The notes under the pieces are model-generated. The model did not search any database and was not told the DNA's origin. It saw nothing but the letters and a program-made list of their open reading frames with translations. A DNA stretch of 64,000 nucleotides from Syntrophobacter sp. (lineage in GTDB: Bacteria; Desulfobacterota; Syntrophobacteria; Syntrophobacterales; Syntrophobacteraceae): positions 2,414 through 66,413 of the forward strand of contig JBDKTY010000067.1 of the NCBI GenBank assembly GCA_039679945.1, given 5' to 3'. The position numbers and the translations under genes were made by a program. This document shows, piece by piece, positions 27,763-36,246 of the stretch (positions are counted from its first letter, which is position 1; every line of letters starts with the position of its first letter).

Positions 27763-28224
27763 ATGAAAATTCTCGATATCCTGGCGATGGATTCCATAGT
27801 TCCCGAGCTTAGAGGCAGGACCAAGAAACAGGTTCTCGAAGAGCTGATAGACGCAGTCATGCATCATAAGCCGCAAGTGGACCGGGAACGGCTCATGAAG
27901 GTGCTTCTCGAAAGAGAAAGACTGGGAAGCACGGGGATTGGGGACGGGATCGCCATTCCGCACGGCAAACTCAAAGATATCGACGAGCTGGTCCTGTCTT
28001 TCGGACGCTCGACCGAGGGGATCGACTTCGAATCCATGGACGGGAAGCCGGTACATCTCTTTTTCCTCCTTGTGGCCCCCGAGACCTGTTCCGGGATACA
28101 CCTGAGGGCGCTGGCCAGAATAGCCAGGTTGTTGAAAAACGGGATGGTACGCAAGCGACTTGGAAAAGTTGACAACCGGGAAGAGATATTCTCTATTATT
28201 CAACAGGAAGACGAGGATTTCTGA
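27763..28224 (+). CDS. ptsN: PTS IIA-Ntr nitrogen regulatory protein
   Basis: ERERLGSTGIGDGIAIPHGK contains the phospho-accepting His motif. Position is downstream of rpoN-hpf. Confidence 0.88.
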   Translation: MKILDILAMDSIVPELRGRTKKQVLEELIDAVMHHKPQVDRERLMKVLLERERLGSTGIGDGIAIPHGKLKDIDELVLSFGRSTEGIDFESMDGKPVHLFFLLVAPETCSGIHLRALARIARLLKNGMVRKRLGKVDNREEIFSIIQQEDEDF

Positions 28225-28355
28225 CTGTGCTCGTTCCGTCATGAGGAGAACCGGTAAGGATCTCTCCCCTCATTTCGGGGTCCGGCCCCCTGTTCTCCGG
28301 TAGGTTTCGCGCCTCGGCCCGGGGCCGGTCTCAGTCGAGATCCGAGGAAATTCAA

Positions 28356-29231
28356 ATGACAGCAGGAAAGCCGCATGTCGTGGTGGTCACCGGACTTTCG
28401 GGTTCCGGAAAGAGCACCGCTATCAAAGCGTTCGAAGACATTGGCTATTTTTGTATCGATAATTTGCCGGTGCCTCTTCTGGGCAGCTTCCTGTCGTTGT
28501 GCGAAAGGGACATGCCCGACATAACCCGGATAGCGCTGGGCATCGATATCCGGGAACGCAGCTTTCTCAAGGACTACCACTCGATTTTCTCCGACCTCGA
28601 ACACACGGGTTACAGGTTCGAAATACTCTTTCTCGAAGCGGATGACGACATTCTCCAGCGACGCTACAGCCAGACGCGGCGCGTGCATCCGGCCGCCGAT
28701 TCCGATTCCCTGCTCTTGAATGCCATCCACAACGAACGCGAACAGCTCAGCGTGCTGCGCGGCCGGGCCTCGCGGCTGGTTGACACGGGCGCCCTGTCGG
28801 TGCATCAGCTCAAGCAGATGATCACCAGGCGCTACTCGCACATGAATGAAAAGGAGCAACTCAGCATCCAGGTGATCTCGTTCGGCTATAAATACGGACT
28901 TCCGTTCGAGGCCGATCTGGTAATCGATGTGAGATTTCTTCCGAACCCCTATTTCGTGGAGGATCTCAGGTTTCGCGACGGCTGTTCGGAACCCGTCAGG
29001 GAGTGGGTGTTGAAATGGCCCGCTGTCCACGAGTTTCTATCCGACTACTGCTCGCTTGTACTCAAACTACTGCCCTGCTACATTGAAGAGGGGAAACGAT
29101 ACCTGACGATTGCTGTCGGGTGTACCGGCGGAAAGCATCGCTCGGTTGTGATCGCCGATCAGATCGCGGAAAGACTTCGGCGCAACAGCTATTACCTGAG
29201 CGTATTCCACCGGGATATACATTTGGAATGA
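28356..29231 (+). CDS. rapZ: RNase adapter / nucleotide-binding protein RapZ (YhbJ)
   Basis: VVVTGLSGSGKSTAIKAFEDIGYFCIDNLP and C-terminal AVGCTGGKHRSV. Confidence 0.92.
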   Translation: MTAGKPHVVVVTGLSGSGKSTAIKAFEDIGYFCIDNLPVPLLGSFLSLCERDMPDITRIALGIDIRERSFLKDYHSIFSDLEHTGYRFEILFLEADDDILQRRYSQTRRVHPAADSDSLLLNAIHNEREQLSVLRGRASRLVDTGALSVHQLKQMITRRYSHMNEKEQLSIQVISFGYKYGLPFEADLVIDVRFLPNPYFVEDLRFRDGCSEPVREWVLKWPAVHEFLSDYCSLVLKLLPCYIEEGKRYLTIAVGCTGGKHRSVVIADQIAERLRRNSYYLSVFHRDIHLE

Positions 29232-29686
29232 GAGGGACTCAATTGGGTGGCGGAAACGACAAGGCCCTCATCGGAGTTATAGCCATTTCCCACTGCAAGT
29301 TAGCTGAAGAAATGCTCAAGGTGGCCGAGATGATAGTCGGCCCACTGCGGAATTGTAAGGCGATTTGCTTCGGGCCCGAACAGCCGGTGGATGAACTGAT
29401 CAAACTCCTCAGGGATACGCTCAAGGAAGTGGACCAGGGCAAGGGTGTCCTGATCCTGACTGATTTATTCGGCGGAACACCGGCCAACATCAGTCTGTCA
29501 TTTCTGGGACCGGGTGTGGAGGTTGTTTGTGGAATGAACCTGCCCATGCTGATTAAACTCGCCGGCTGCCGCGGCGGCCATTCGCTGCGGGAAACGGCGG
29601 CCCTGGTGAAGGAGTATGGGCAGCGGCATATCACACTTGCAAGCGAAGTTCTCTCACGCTCGGTGAAAACAGCATCATTGCCGTAA
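29228..29686 (+). CDS. PTS EIIA component, mannose/fructose family
   Basis: LIGVIAISHCKLAEE is the N-terminal His motif, and LTDLFGGTP is also present. ATGA overlap with rapZ. A TTG at 29243 is an alternative start. Confidence 0.8.
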   Translation: MRGTQLGGGNDKALIGVIAISHCKLAEEMLKVAEMIVGPLRNCKAICFGPEQPVDELIKLLRDTLKEVDQGKGVLILTDLFGGTPANISLSFLGPGVEVVCGMNLPMLIKLAGCRGGHSLRETAALVKEYGQRHITLASEVLSRSVKTASLP

Positions 29687-29698
29687 CCGGACAAGACC

Positions 29699-30196
29699 GT
29701 GGGCATCGAAATCACCATCTCACCTCTTGACGAAACCGATATTCCCTCAGTCGTGGAGATCGAAAGGCAGAGCCAACTGGAGCCGTGGTCGGAGCAGTCT
29801 TTCCTTGAGGAACTCGAACGACTGCATTCCCATATGCTGGCGGCAAGGCTCGGGCGCGACGCCGTAACAGCGAACCGGACCTGGACAGCGGGCGAGGCCG
29901 CGGGATACATCTGCTACTGGTGCGTGGCGGATGAAATCCAAATCCTTAACATAGCGGTACATCCGGACTTCAGAAGGCAGGGCATGGCCGGCGCCCTGCT
30001 CGCCCATGCCATCGAAAGGGGCCGCGAGAAGAAGGTCATGCTGGTCACCCTGGAGGTACGGAGGAGCAACGACGCGGCCCGCCGGCTGTATGAGTCCTTC
30101 GGCTTCAAGGTGGTCGGAGAACGGCCCAACTACTATGGGGCGCCCGTAGAGTCCGCCATACTGATGGAACTCGAAATACTGAAAAACGATGTTTAG
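29699..30196 (+). CDS. rimI: Ribosomal-protein-alanine N-acetyltransferase (GNAT)
   Basis: ILNIAVHPDFRRQGMAGALL...LEVRRSNDAARRLYESFGF...ERPNYY. Confidence 0.85.
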   Translation: MGIEITISPLDETDIPSVVEIERQSQLEPWSEQSFLEELERLHSHMLAARLGRDAVTANRTWTAGEAAGYICYWCVADEIQILNIAVHPDFRRQGMAGALLAHAIERGREKKVMLVTLEVRRSNDAARRLYESFGFKVVGERPNYYGAPVESAILMELEILKNDV

Positions 30197-30202
30197 ATCG
30201 AA

Positions 30203-30360
30203 ATAGCATTCAAGACGCCACTGTTCCCGACCGTATCATGCAGAGTGAGCAAACCCCGCATGCGCGTGATAGAGCGCGGGGAACAAACAGCGTTGCATCC
30301 ACGCACCCCTGGCCCGTTCCACCCTTCGATACCTCTCAAGAAACAGCTTTTGAGAGGTAG
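30203..30360 (+). repeat. Mosaic of partial intergenic repeat units
   Basis: AAACCCCGCATGCGCGTG (30251-30268) is identical to 48641-48658. CCCGTTCCACCCTTCGATACCTC (30313-30335) matches the core of the 128-nt repeat. This is followed by hairpin CCTCTCAA/TTGAGAGG. Confidence 0.5.
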
Positions 30361-30405
30361 TAAAATCAAGGACTTATGGCATTGGTTGGAACCATGAATA
30401 ATCAC

Positions 30406-30597
30406 TTAAGCATGTTGAGCTTCGAGGGGTTCAATGCGGTACCCCAATGCTTTGGCCTTGCGCTTAAGATAGTTCAGGGTTCTTTTATGCATCATCTGGT
30501 CATAATGTTCCTGAGAACGCTCAGTGCGAACGGGGGTAAGTCCGCTTTCACATGGTGGTTTGATACTATTCGGAGCGAGCTTTTTTTTGAGAGGCAT
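30406..30597 (-). mobile_element. Probable C-terminal remnant of an IS110-family transposase
   Basis: The tail ...QEHYDQMMHKRTLNYLKRKAKALGYRIEPLE resembles, from memory, the conserved IS110-family C-terminus (..Y..R......L.R.L..LGY.V.LE). There is no room for the catalytic N-terminal part. Confidence 0.4.
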
Positions 30598-30666
30598 CGA
30601 AGAACGAGCGCTATTTTGAACTCAACCCGGTATGGAACCTGATTCCGCAAAGAGGTAATCCTTTTC

Positions 30667-33600
30667 ATGGACCAAGAACAGATTCAGTCAGATGCCCTGA
30701 CCAGAAACATGGACCTCACCAATATCCACGTGGAAATCCCCTATTGCTTCATAGTGCTGGAGCAGGCGGTGGCGGGATTTTCCGGAAAAGAAAAACAGGC
30801 ACGGGAGCTTCTGCTTGAATACCACCACAAATACAGGAACTGGCACTTTGTGGTGCAGGAAACGCAACGGTATGCGATCAACAATCTTCGCCTGTACCAG
30901 AATAGTCCTCTATGCGGCAATGTCGTCTATCTTCTTGCCAGCATATTCCTCCATGCACTCACGGAATCGGAACGGTTCGAAATCCGAGGCATGGCCGCGG
31001 ACCATCTTCTATCCTACCTCATGAAGCTGACGGAGCAAATGCCCCGGGAAATGGCCCGGCCCATGCCGGAAGGGACGTCCCTGGATGACCTGGAACGCAT
31101 CTTCGAGACGGACACCTCTTTTCATCAGGGGATCATACGATACTATCTTCGACGGCTCGCCGACCTGCCGGATGCCCCATTCGAATTCCTGATGCGCAGC
31201 TTCTACCCGCCCAAACGGCTGGCGGCCCAACTGCTCTCGATTTGGGAAGATCCCTCTTCTTTCGAGGAACTCAGGGCACTCCTGCAAAGATTTTACAGAG
31301 AAACCTATCTTTTCTGGCTCGACAGGGAAGATCCCTGTGAGTGGCTGGCGGCTCAGAAGCAGGAATCTTCCTCTCCCGTTCCCTGGCTGAAGGACTGCGC
31401 ATCGTTGACGCACGCGCAACTCCAGTCGCATCTCGACAGGATCGGCAATGAAATCTCGCTGGAAGCCGATCACCGCAAGGCCGTGGCGATGCTCATCGAG
31501 ATGACCGATTTTCATGACATCACGCAGCTCTACTTCCAGTTGCCCGACAAGTTCTCGCAATACCAGGAAGAGTGCCCCCAGGCCGCTCAACTGGGCATGC
31601 TCATGCGCCTCAAGGTGATGGAGATCAAAGGGCTTGAGGCGATTCATGAAGAAACGCTCAGGGAAATCAATTTCGAAATCGGGAGGTGGATCAGGCAGGA
31701 AGCACGCGATAAGCTGGAAACGCTACTGGAGCGCATCTTCAGCATCATGGAGATCTCGCTGCGCAACTATCCCCAGGCAGCCGTCCAGATAATCCGCACT
31801 ATCGGCATGGAGATCCTCGAAACAAACGATCGCCCCCTTATAGACTACTTCATAAAACGCATAATCCGCCTGGGCTTCCAGCCCCCCATGCTGGGCCAGG
31901 TAAGCCAGCACTGGCAGATTCCAGTAAACCCGGCGCACCTTCCGAACGTGCGGGTCTGGATGGACATCATAAAGAAAGACCCGTTGCGCACCCGCGCGCT
32001 TCTTTCCGCTCTCATCGTGAACCTTTCGCTGGGCGGCATTTTCGTGCGGGACACCGACCTCTTCCAAAAGGACGTGAGTCAGCTCCTCAACGCTCCGATG
32101 CGCCCCGTGTACAACCTCGTGAAACAGCTCGCGAAACTTTTTCCCGTCTACTTCAACGAGATCGGAGCCGAGGGTCAGCTCCGGACGGTCTCCACGGACG
32201 TGGATGAAATCACCGGCAGAAGCGACAGGCTCATCCATTTCCTTCGCAAGCAGAGCCACGTGGAAAGCAACAATATCGTTGTGGCCTTCATGCAGGCCAT
32301 AATCGAATATTGGCGCACGATGGACAAAAGCCATCTCGAGGGGTTGATCCCGGCCGAGGTCTACATGGAAGTCCCCGAATCCGGCCCACTGGTGGAGCAC
32401 ATCCACAAAATCTTCGAATTCATATTCAGCACGCGCACCATCAACCATGTCCAGGACCTGCTCGACCTCACCGAGCAGGAGGCGAGGCAACTGATCGGCA
32501 AGGCGCCGGATTCCGTGCCGGAAACGGAGCGCAGGCGCGCCTTCCTGATGATCCAGTTCTACCAGTTGCTCCACGAGAAATACGCGCTGAGCTTTAAGGA
32601 CATCCAGGTGCATCTGCACCGCGCGATGACCCTGGGCCTTCCTGATCCCGGAAGACTTCTTCAGGCGCTGAACAGCAATGACAGGTTGGAAAAACTCGAA
32701 AACATCCTGGACTACCTGATGGAGTTAAGAGAGGTAATCCTCACCCCGGGCGAACTGCGCATAATGGAAAATATCTACTACAAGCGTCATATCGCCGTGG
32801 ATATTCCCTCCATGTACGGCTCCTACAATGAACCCCGCTTCGACGCCCTGGGGCTGACCTTTCGCCTGGAGAACCTGGCCAATGTGCTCTTCGAGGAGAT
32901 TATCCTCTCCTTCAATCTCAGCTTCATAACAAGGGCCACCTTCTTCCGGATCGCCCGGTTCATCCCTCTCTTCATGAAAGCGCTGGAAATCGACGGGATA
33001 ACATCGAACCGGCTCGAGCTCCAAAAGAAGCTTTTCCTGAAAGCCCTGGAGGTACCGAGATTTTCTCACTCGCAGTACATGGATCTTTTCAGGGGGTTCT
33101 CGGAAGCCATTAAACAGATCATCCAGACCAACTACGACGCGGTGCACGACGAGACCCTGGAACTCATAATCAGGCAGCTCGGCCGGGACCGGCTGCTCGC
33201 CAGGTACCAGAGAGAGGGGGAAACCGCGGCCGAGAGAAACCAGCGGGTCTCGGAGAGTTTCCTTCGGGACATCATCGCCCGCACTTTCGGTCTCCAGTAT
33301 TTCGACCATTTCATTACCAGTATTCTCACCACGCTGGCCACGCAGCGGGAGGAGCTGAGCACCGAGAAGCTGGACCTGCTCCTGAGCTACGACCCGGAAA
33401 AAACGGCTACCGACCTTCACTCCCCCAACCCGACCACATTCGACCTCATCTACATGGGGAGCAAAGCCCACACCCTGGCGCAGCTTCATTCGATCGGGAT
33501 AAAGGTTCCCCCCGGCTTTGCGATTACCACGGAGTATTTCCGATGCAGGAGCGTCATCGAGAGCTTCTCGCATTCGCGGGAAGAATTCGAGGGACGGGTC

Positions 33601-34941
33601 ATGGCGCTCGTGCGCAAGGTCGAGGAGGAAACCGGGCGGCAGTTCGGCCTTCCAGGGAATCCGCTCCTGTTTTCGGTCAGATCCGGCGCCGCCGTGTCCA
33701 TGCCGGGAATGATGAACACGTTCCTCAACGTTGGCATCAACGAGGAGATAGTCGAAGGATTGATCGCACAGATGGGTCAGGCCTGGTTTGCCTGGGACAA
33801 CTACAGGCGATTCATCCAGTCCTGGGCCATGTCCTTCGGCATGGCGAGAGACGAGTTCGGCACCATAATGAACCAGTTCAAGAAAAAATACGGGCGGCAG
33901 GTGAAGCGGGAATTCTCACCCGCCGAAATAAAGGAACTCGCCCTCGCCTACCGCGCCGCGATGCTGGAACATGGGATCGAGTTCTCGGATTCCCCGCGCG
34001 AGCAACTCTTCACGGCCATACAGCAGGTGGTCAAATCCTGGGATGAGGACAAGGCCAAAACATACCGGGAGATCATGATGCTTTCCGAGGACTGGGGCAC
34101 CGCGGTGACCGTTCAGACAATGGTTTTCGGAAATCTCGATACACAGTCCGGGGCCGGGGTGATGTTCACGCACAATCCCTGGACTTCGGAGGACAAGGTG
34201 GACCCGATCGGCGACTTCACCTGGGGCAACCAGGGCGAGGACGTGGTGGGAGGGCTCGTCAAGACCCTTCCCCTCTCGGAAAAACAGCGGCTCGGCGAGG
34301 GGGAACGCAAGGAGACCTCCCTCGAAGTGCTTTTCCCCAGGGTCTACAAGCGGCTTAACGATATCGCCAGGAAGCTGGTTTACGAGGAGAGCTGGGCGCC
34401 ACAGGAAGTGGAATTCACCTTCCAGGGAGCAACCGAGGAGGGAGTCTACCTTCTGCAGTCACGAAACATGACGCCGCGCATCAAGCGATCCTACCCCGTA
34501 TTCAAGGCCACCGAAAACCTCCACGACAAGTACCTGGGAAGCGGCATCGGCGTGAGCGGAGGGGCGCTTTGCGGCATGGTGGCCTTTGACCTGGAAACCA
34601 TACGACTGCTCAAGGAAAAATACCCCGACAAGCCCATCATTCTCATCCGGTCGGATACCGTTCCGGACGATATACGCGAGATTTCCGTCGCGGACGGGAT
34701 ACTCACGGGCAAGGGAGGCGCGACATCTCACGCCGCGATTGTCGCTCACAGGCTCGAGAAGGTATGCGTCGTCGGCGTGAGCAGAATGCGGGTATGGGAG
34801 TCGGAGAAAAGGTGCATGATCGACGGCACGCAACTCAATACCGGCGATACTATCGGAATAGACGGCAGAAGCGGCGCTATCTATTCGGGTTTGCTCGAGA
34901 CCGAGCAGGTGCACGTCGAGGACAGCGCGAATTATGATTGA
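30667..34941 (+). CDS. 1424-aa protein: unknown ~880-aa helical N-terminal region fused to a PPDK-type ATP-grasp nucleotide-binding domain and a phospho-histidine swivel domain
   Basis: From ~residue 905: GSKAHTLAQLHSIGIKVPPGFAITTEYF, LLFSVRSGAAVSMPGMMNTFLNVGIN, AWDNYRRFIQSW. The swivel motif GKGGATSHAAIVAH has its His codon at 34729. Only 69 residues follow, so there is no PEP/pyruvate TIM-barrel domain. Confidence 0.9.
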   Translation: MDQEQIQSDALTRNMDLTNIHVEIPYCFIVLEQAVAGFSGKEKQARELLLEYHHKYRNWHFVVQETQRYAINNLRLYQNSPLCGNVVYLLASIFLHALTESERFEIRGMAADHLLSYLMKLTEQMPREMARPMPEGTSLDDLERIFETDTSFHQGIIRYYLRRLADLPDAPFEFLMRSFYPPKRLAAQLLSIWEDPSSFEELRALLQRFYRETYLFWLDREDPCEWLAAQKQESSSPVPWLKDCASLTHAQLQSHLDRIGNEISLEADHRKAVAMLIEMTDFHDITQLYFQLPDKFSQYQEECPQAAQLGMLMRLKVMEIKGLEAIHEETLREINFEIGRWIRQEARDKLETLLERIFSIMEISLRNYPQAAVQIIRTIGMEILETNDRPLIDYFIKRIIRLGFQPPMLGQVSQHWQIPVNPAHLPNVRVWMDIIKKDPLRTRALLSALIVNLSLGGIFVRDTDLFQKDVSQLLNAPMRPVYNLVKQLAKLFPVYFNEIGAEGQLRTVSTDVDEITGRSDRLIHFLRKQSHVESNNIVVAFMQAIIEYWRTMDKSHLEGLIPAEVYMEVPESGPLVEHIHKIFEFIFSTRTINHVQDLLDLTEQEARQLIGKAPDSVPETERRRAFLMIQFYQLLHEKYALSFKDIQVHLHRAMTLGLPDPGRLLQALNSNDRLEKLENILDYLMELREVILTPGELRIMENIYYKRHIAVDIPSMYGSYNEPRFDALGLTFRLENLANVLFEEIILSFNLSFITRATFFRIARFIPLFMKALEIDGITSNRLELQKKLFLKALEVPRFSHSQYMDLFRGFSEAIKQIIQTNYDAVHDETLELIIRQLGRDRLLARYQREGETAAERNQRVSESFLRDIIARTFGLQYFDHFITSILTTLATQREELSTEKLDLLLSYDPEKTATDLHSPNPTTFDLIYMGSKAHTLAQLHSIGIKVPPGFAITTEYFRCRSVIESFSHSREEFEGRVMALVRKVEEETGRQFGLPGNPLLFSVRSGAAVSMPGMMNTFLNVGINEEIVEGLIAQMGQAWFAWDNYRRFIQSWAMSFGMARDEFGTIMNQFKKKYGRQVKREFSPAEIKELALAYRAAMLEHGIEFSDSPREQLFTAIQQVVKSWDEDKAKTYREIMMLSEDWGTAVTVQTMVFGNLDTQSGAGVMFTHNPWTSEDKVDPIGDFTWGNQGEDVVGGLVKTLPLSEKQRLGEGERKETSLEVLFPRVYKRLNDIARKLVYEESWAPQEVEFTFQGATEEGVYLLQSRNMTPRIKRSYPVFKATENLHDKYLGSGIGVSGGALCGMVAFDLETIRLLKEKYPDKPIILIRSDTVPDDIREISVADGILTGKGGATSHAAIVAHRLEKVCVVGVSRMRVWESEKRCMIDGTQLNTGDTIGIDGRSGAIYSGLLETEQVHVEDSANYD

Positions 34942-34975
34942 TCCCGACCGATAGTGAACGGCTCCCGGGATCTCG

Positions 34976-35003
34976 AAAAAGCGGGGGAATCGGATTCCCC
35001 CGC
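34976..35003 (-). terminator. Rho-independent terminator (minus strand; possibly bidirectional)
   Basis: GCGGGGGAAT-CGG-ATTCCCCCGC is a 10-bp stem, with TTTTT following on the minus strand. Confidence 0.6.
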
Positions 35004-35058
35004 GACTCTCCGCGCTTTTGAAAAGCTTGAACAACATCTTCTCGGACGCGATCCCGGG

Positions 35059-35223
35059 TCATTTGCCGAGCATGGCATCTTCGTTTCTTTTCTTTTCCTT
35101 CAGCTCGAACTCATTCGGTCCCCAGCTTCCATCGTTGCACTGAATACACTGGTCTCCAATGCACACGCCGCCGCCATGGGGATACGTCCTGTCCTGAAAC
35201 TCGCAACTCTTCTTCTCCGCCAT
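35059..35223 (-). CDS. Small Cys-containing hypothetical protein (54 aa)
   Basis: MAEKKSCEFQDRTYPHGGGVCIGDQCIQCNDGSWGPNEFELKEKK... with a GAGAGG RBS and a terminator downstream. Confidence 0.55.
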   Translation of the reverse strand: MAEKKSCEFQDRTYPHGGGVCIGDQCIQCNDGSWGPNEFELKEKKRNEDAMLGK

Positions 35224-35533
35224 GATTGACCTCTCTTTTCCCAACCGGGGGCTATCGATAATTCCTCCAGGGGCATCAAAGTATTCGCTCCCCAAGAAAA
35301 GCTATTCTTCCAGTATTACATCTCTCAGATAATGTAAGCATAACTTTCCGGAAGCACACGAAACCTCAATGGAAATAACCTTTTCAAGGAACTTCACAAG
35401 CTTGTTCCCCCTTCACCGGGGCCTTACATTGTAGGAAACTGATCTTCACATGATATTCAGGAACGGCCCGGTGAACTCTTACTTCCGCTTCGGCGAAGAG
35501 TGGCTGTTCGGCCGTTCTTGGGGAGGATTCCAT

Positions 35534-35833
35534 ATGATCTACAAGGATGCCATCAATTCGGCAAGCCAGACCGAAAGGGGAGACGACTCCTGGACGGAGT
35601 TCTCGGATTCTTTTCACGCCTCCGTGGGCAGGCTCGGGGAAATGGTCAATGATGTCAGTGAAATGAGGGAGAACTGCCGGGACGAGTGGTGTGACGCGGC
35701 CGAATGCCTGTTGGGCGAGGCCACGACAGCCGCGTTTGCCGTCAGCGAACCACACTGGGCGCTCAGCGAAGATTCGAGGAAACTCAAGGATTTGAAAAAG
35801 AGGATCCACGATCTTCACGGGTCGAAGCACTAG
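35534..35833 (+). CDS. Hypothetical protein (99 aa)
   Basis: A GGAGG RBS lies 7 nt before the ATG. The sequence is helical and acidic. I prefer it over the Arg-rich antisense ORF 35384-36073. Confidence 0.5.
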   Translation: MIYKDAINSASQTERGDDSWTEFSDSFHASVGRLGEMVNDVSEMRENCRDEWCDAAECLLGEATTAAFAVSEPHWALSEDSRKLKDLKKRIHDLHGSKH

Positions 35834-35997
35834 AAGCAGATCATTGATTGGAGGAGGCTTGCGACAAAGAAAACATCGGTGCGCGCGGCAACCGCGCGCG
35901 AAGTTTTTGATACGCATCGCGGCAACCGTTCTCCTCTCGAAGCGCCGGGGGGAGAACGGGCCAGTGCAAACAGATGTGGTCCCTTTCGGCTTTTGTT

Positions 35998-36025
35998 TTG
36001 ACTTTACGCGCGTAAGTTCTAAAAT
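35998..36025 (+). promoter_or_regulatory. Sigma-70-type promoter candidate for the GAPDH-like gene
   Basis: TTGACT, 16-nt spacer, TAAAAT. It lies ~220 nt upstream of the start. Confidence 0.4.
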
Positions 36026-36246
36026 ATCAGTTGCCGCGCAGGTTTTCAGGTTCACCGGACTCCAAAAGCTCAATTTCCTGAAATCACTCGAATGAGTGCA
36101 AGCACCGCGAGAATGTACGATTCCCCGATTTCCCCCCCACCGGCTGGACCGCTGTCTCGGAGGCGCGTCGTTTTCCCGGGACGTGGGTTGCTCGGGATCG
36201 GAATTCCGCTTCTTTTACTTAGTTCCAGATGGATCAGGGAGGCCAC

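Noticed and set aside
30633-30649. Sigma-54-like TGGAACCTGATTCCGCA upstream of the 1424-aa gene
   Set aside because: The GG-to-GC spacing is 11 nt instead of the nearly invariant 10, and the site lies only ~18 nt from the start codon.
35384-36073. 229-aa minus-strand ORF
   Set aside because: It has an Arg/Pro-rich, low-information sequence and no RBS. It overlaps a plus-strand ORF with a good GGAGG RBS, and it spans a terminator and a promoter-like site.
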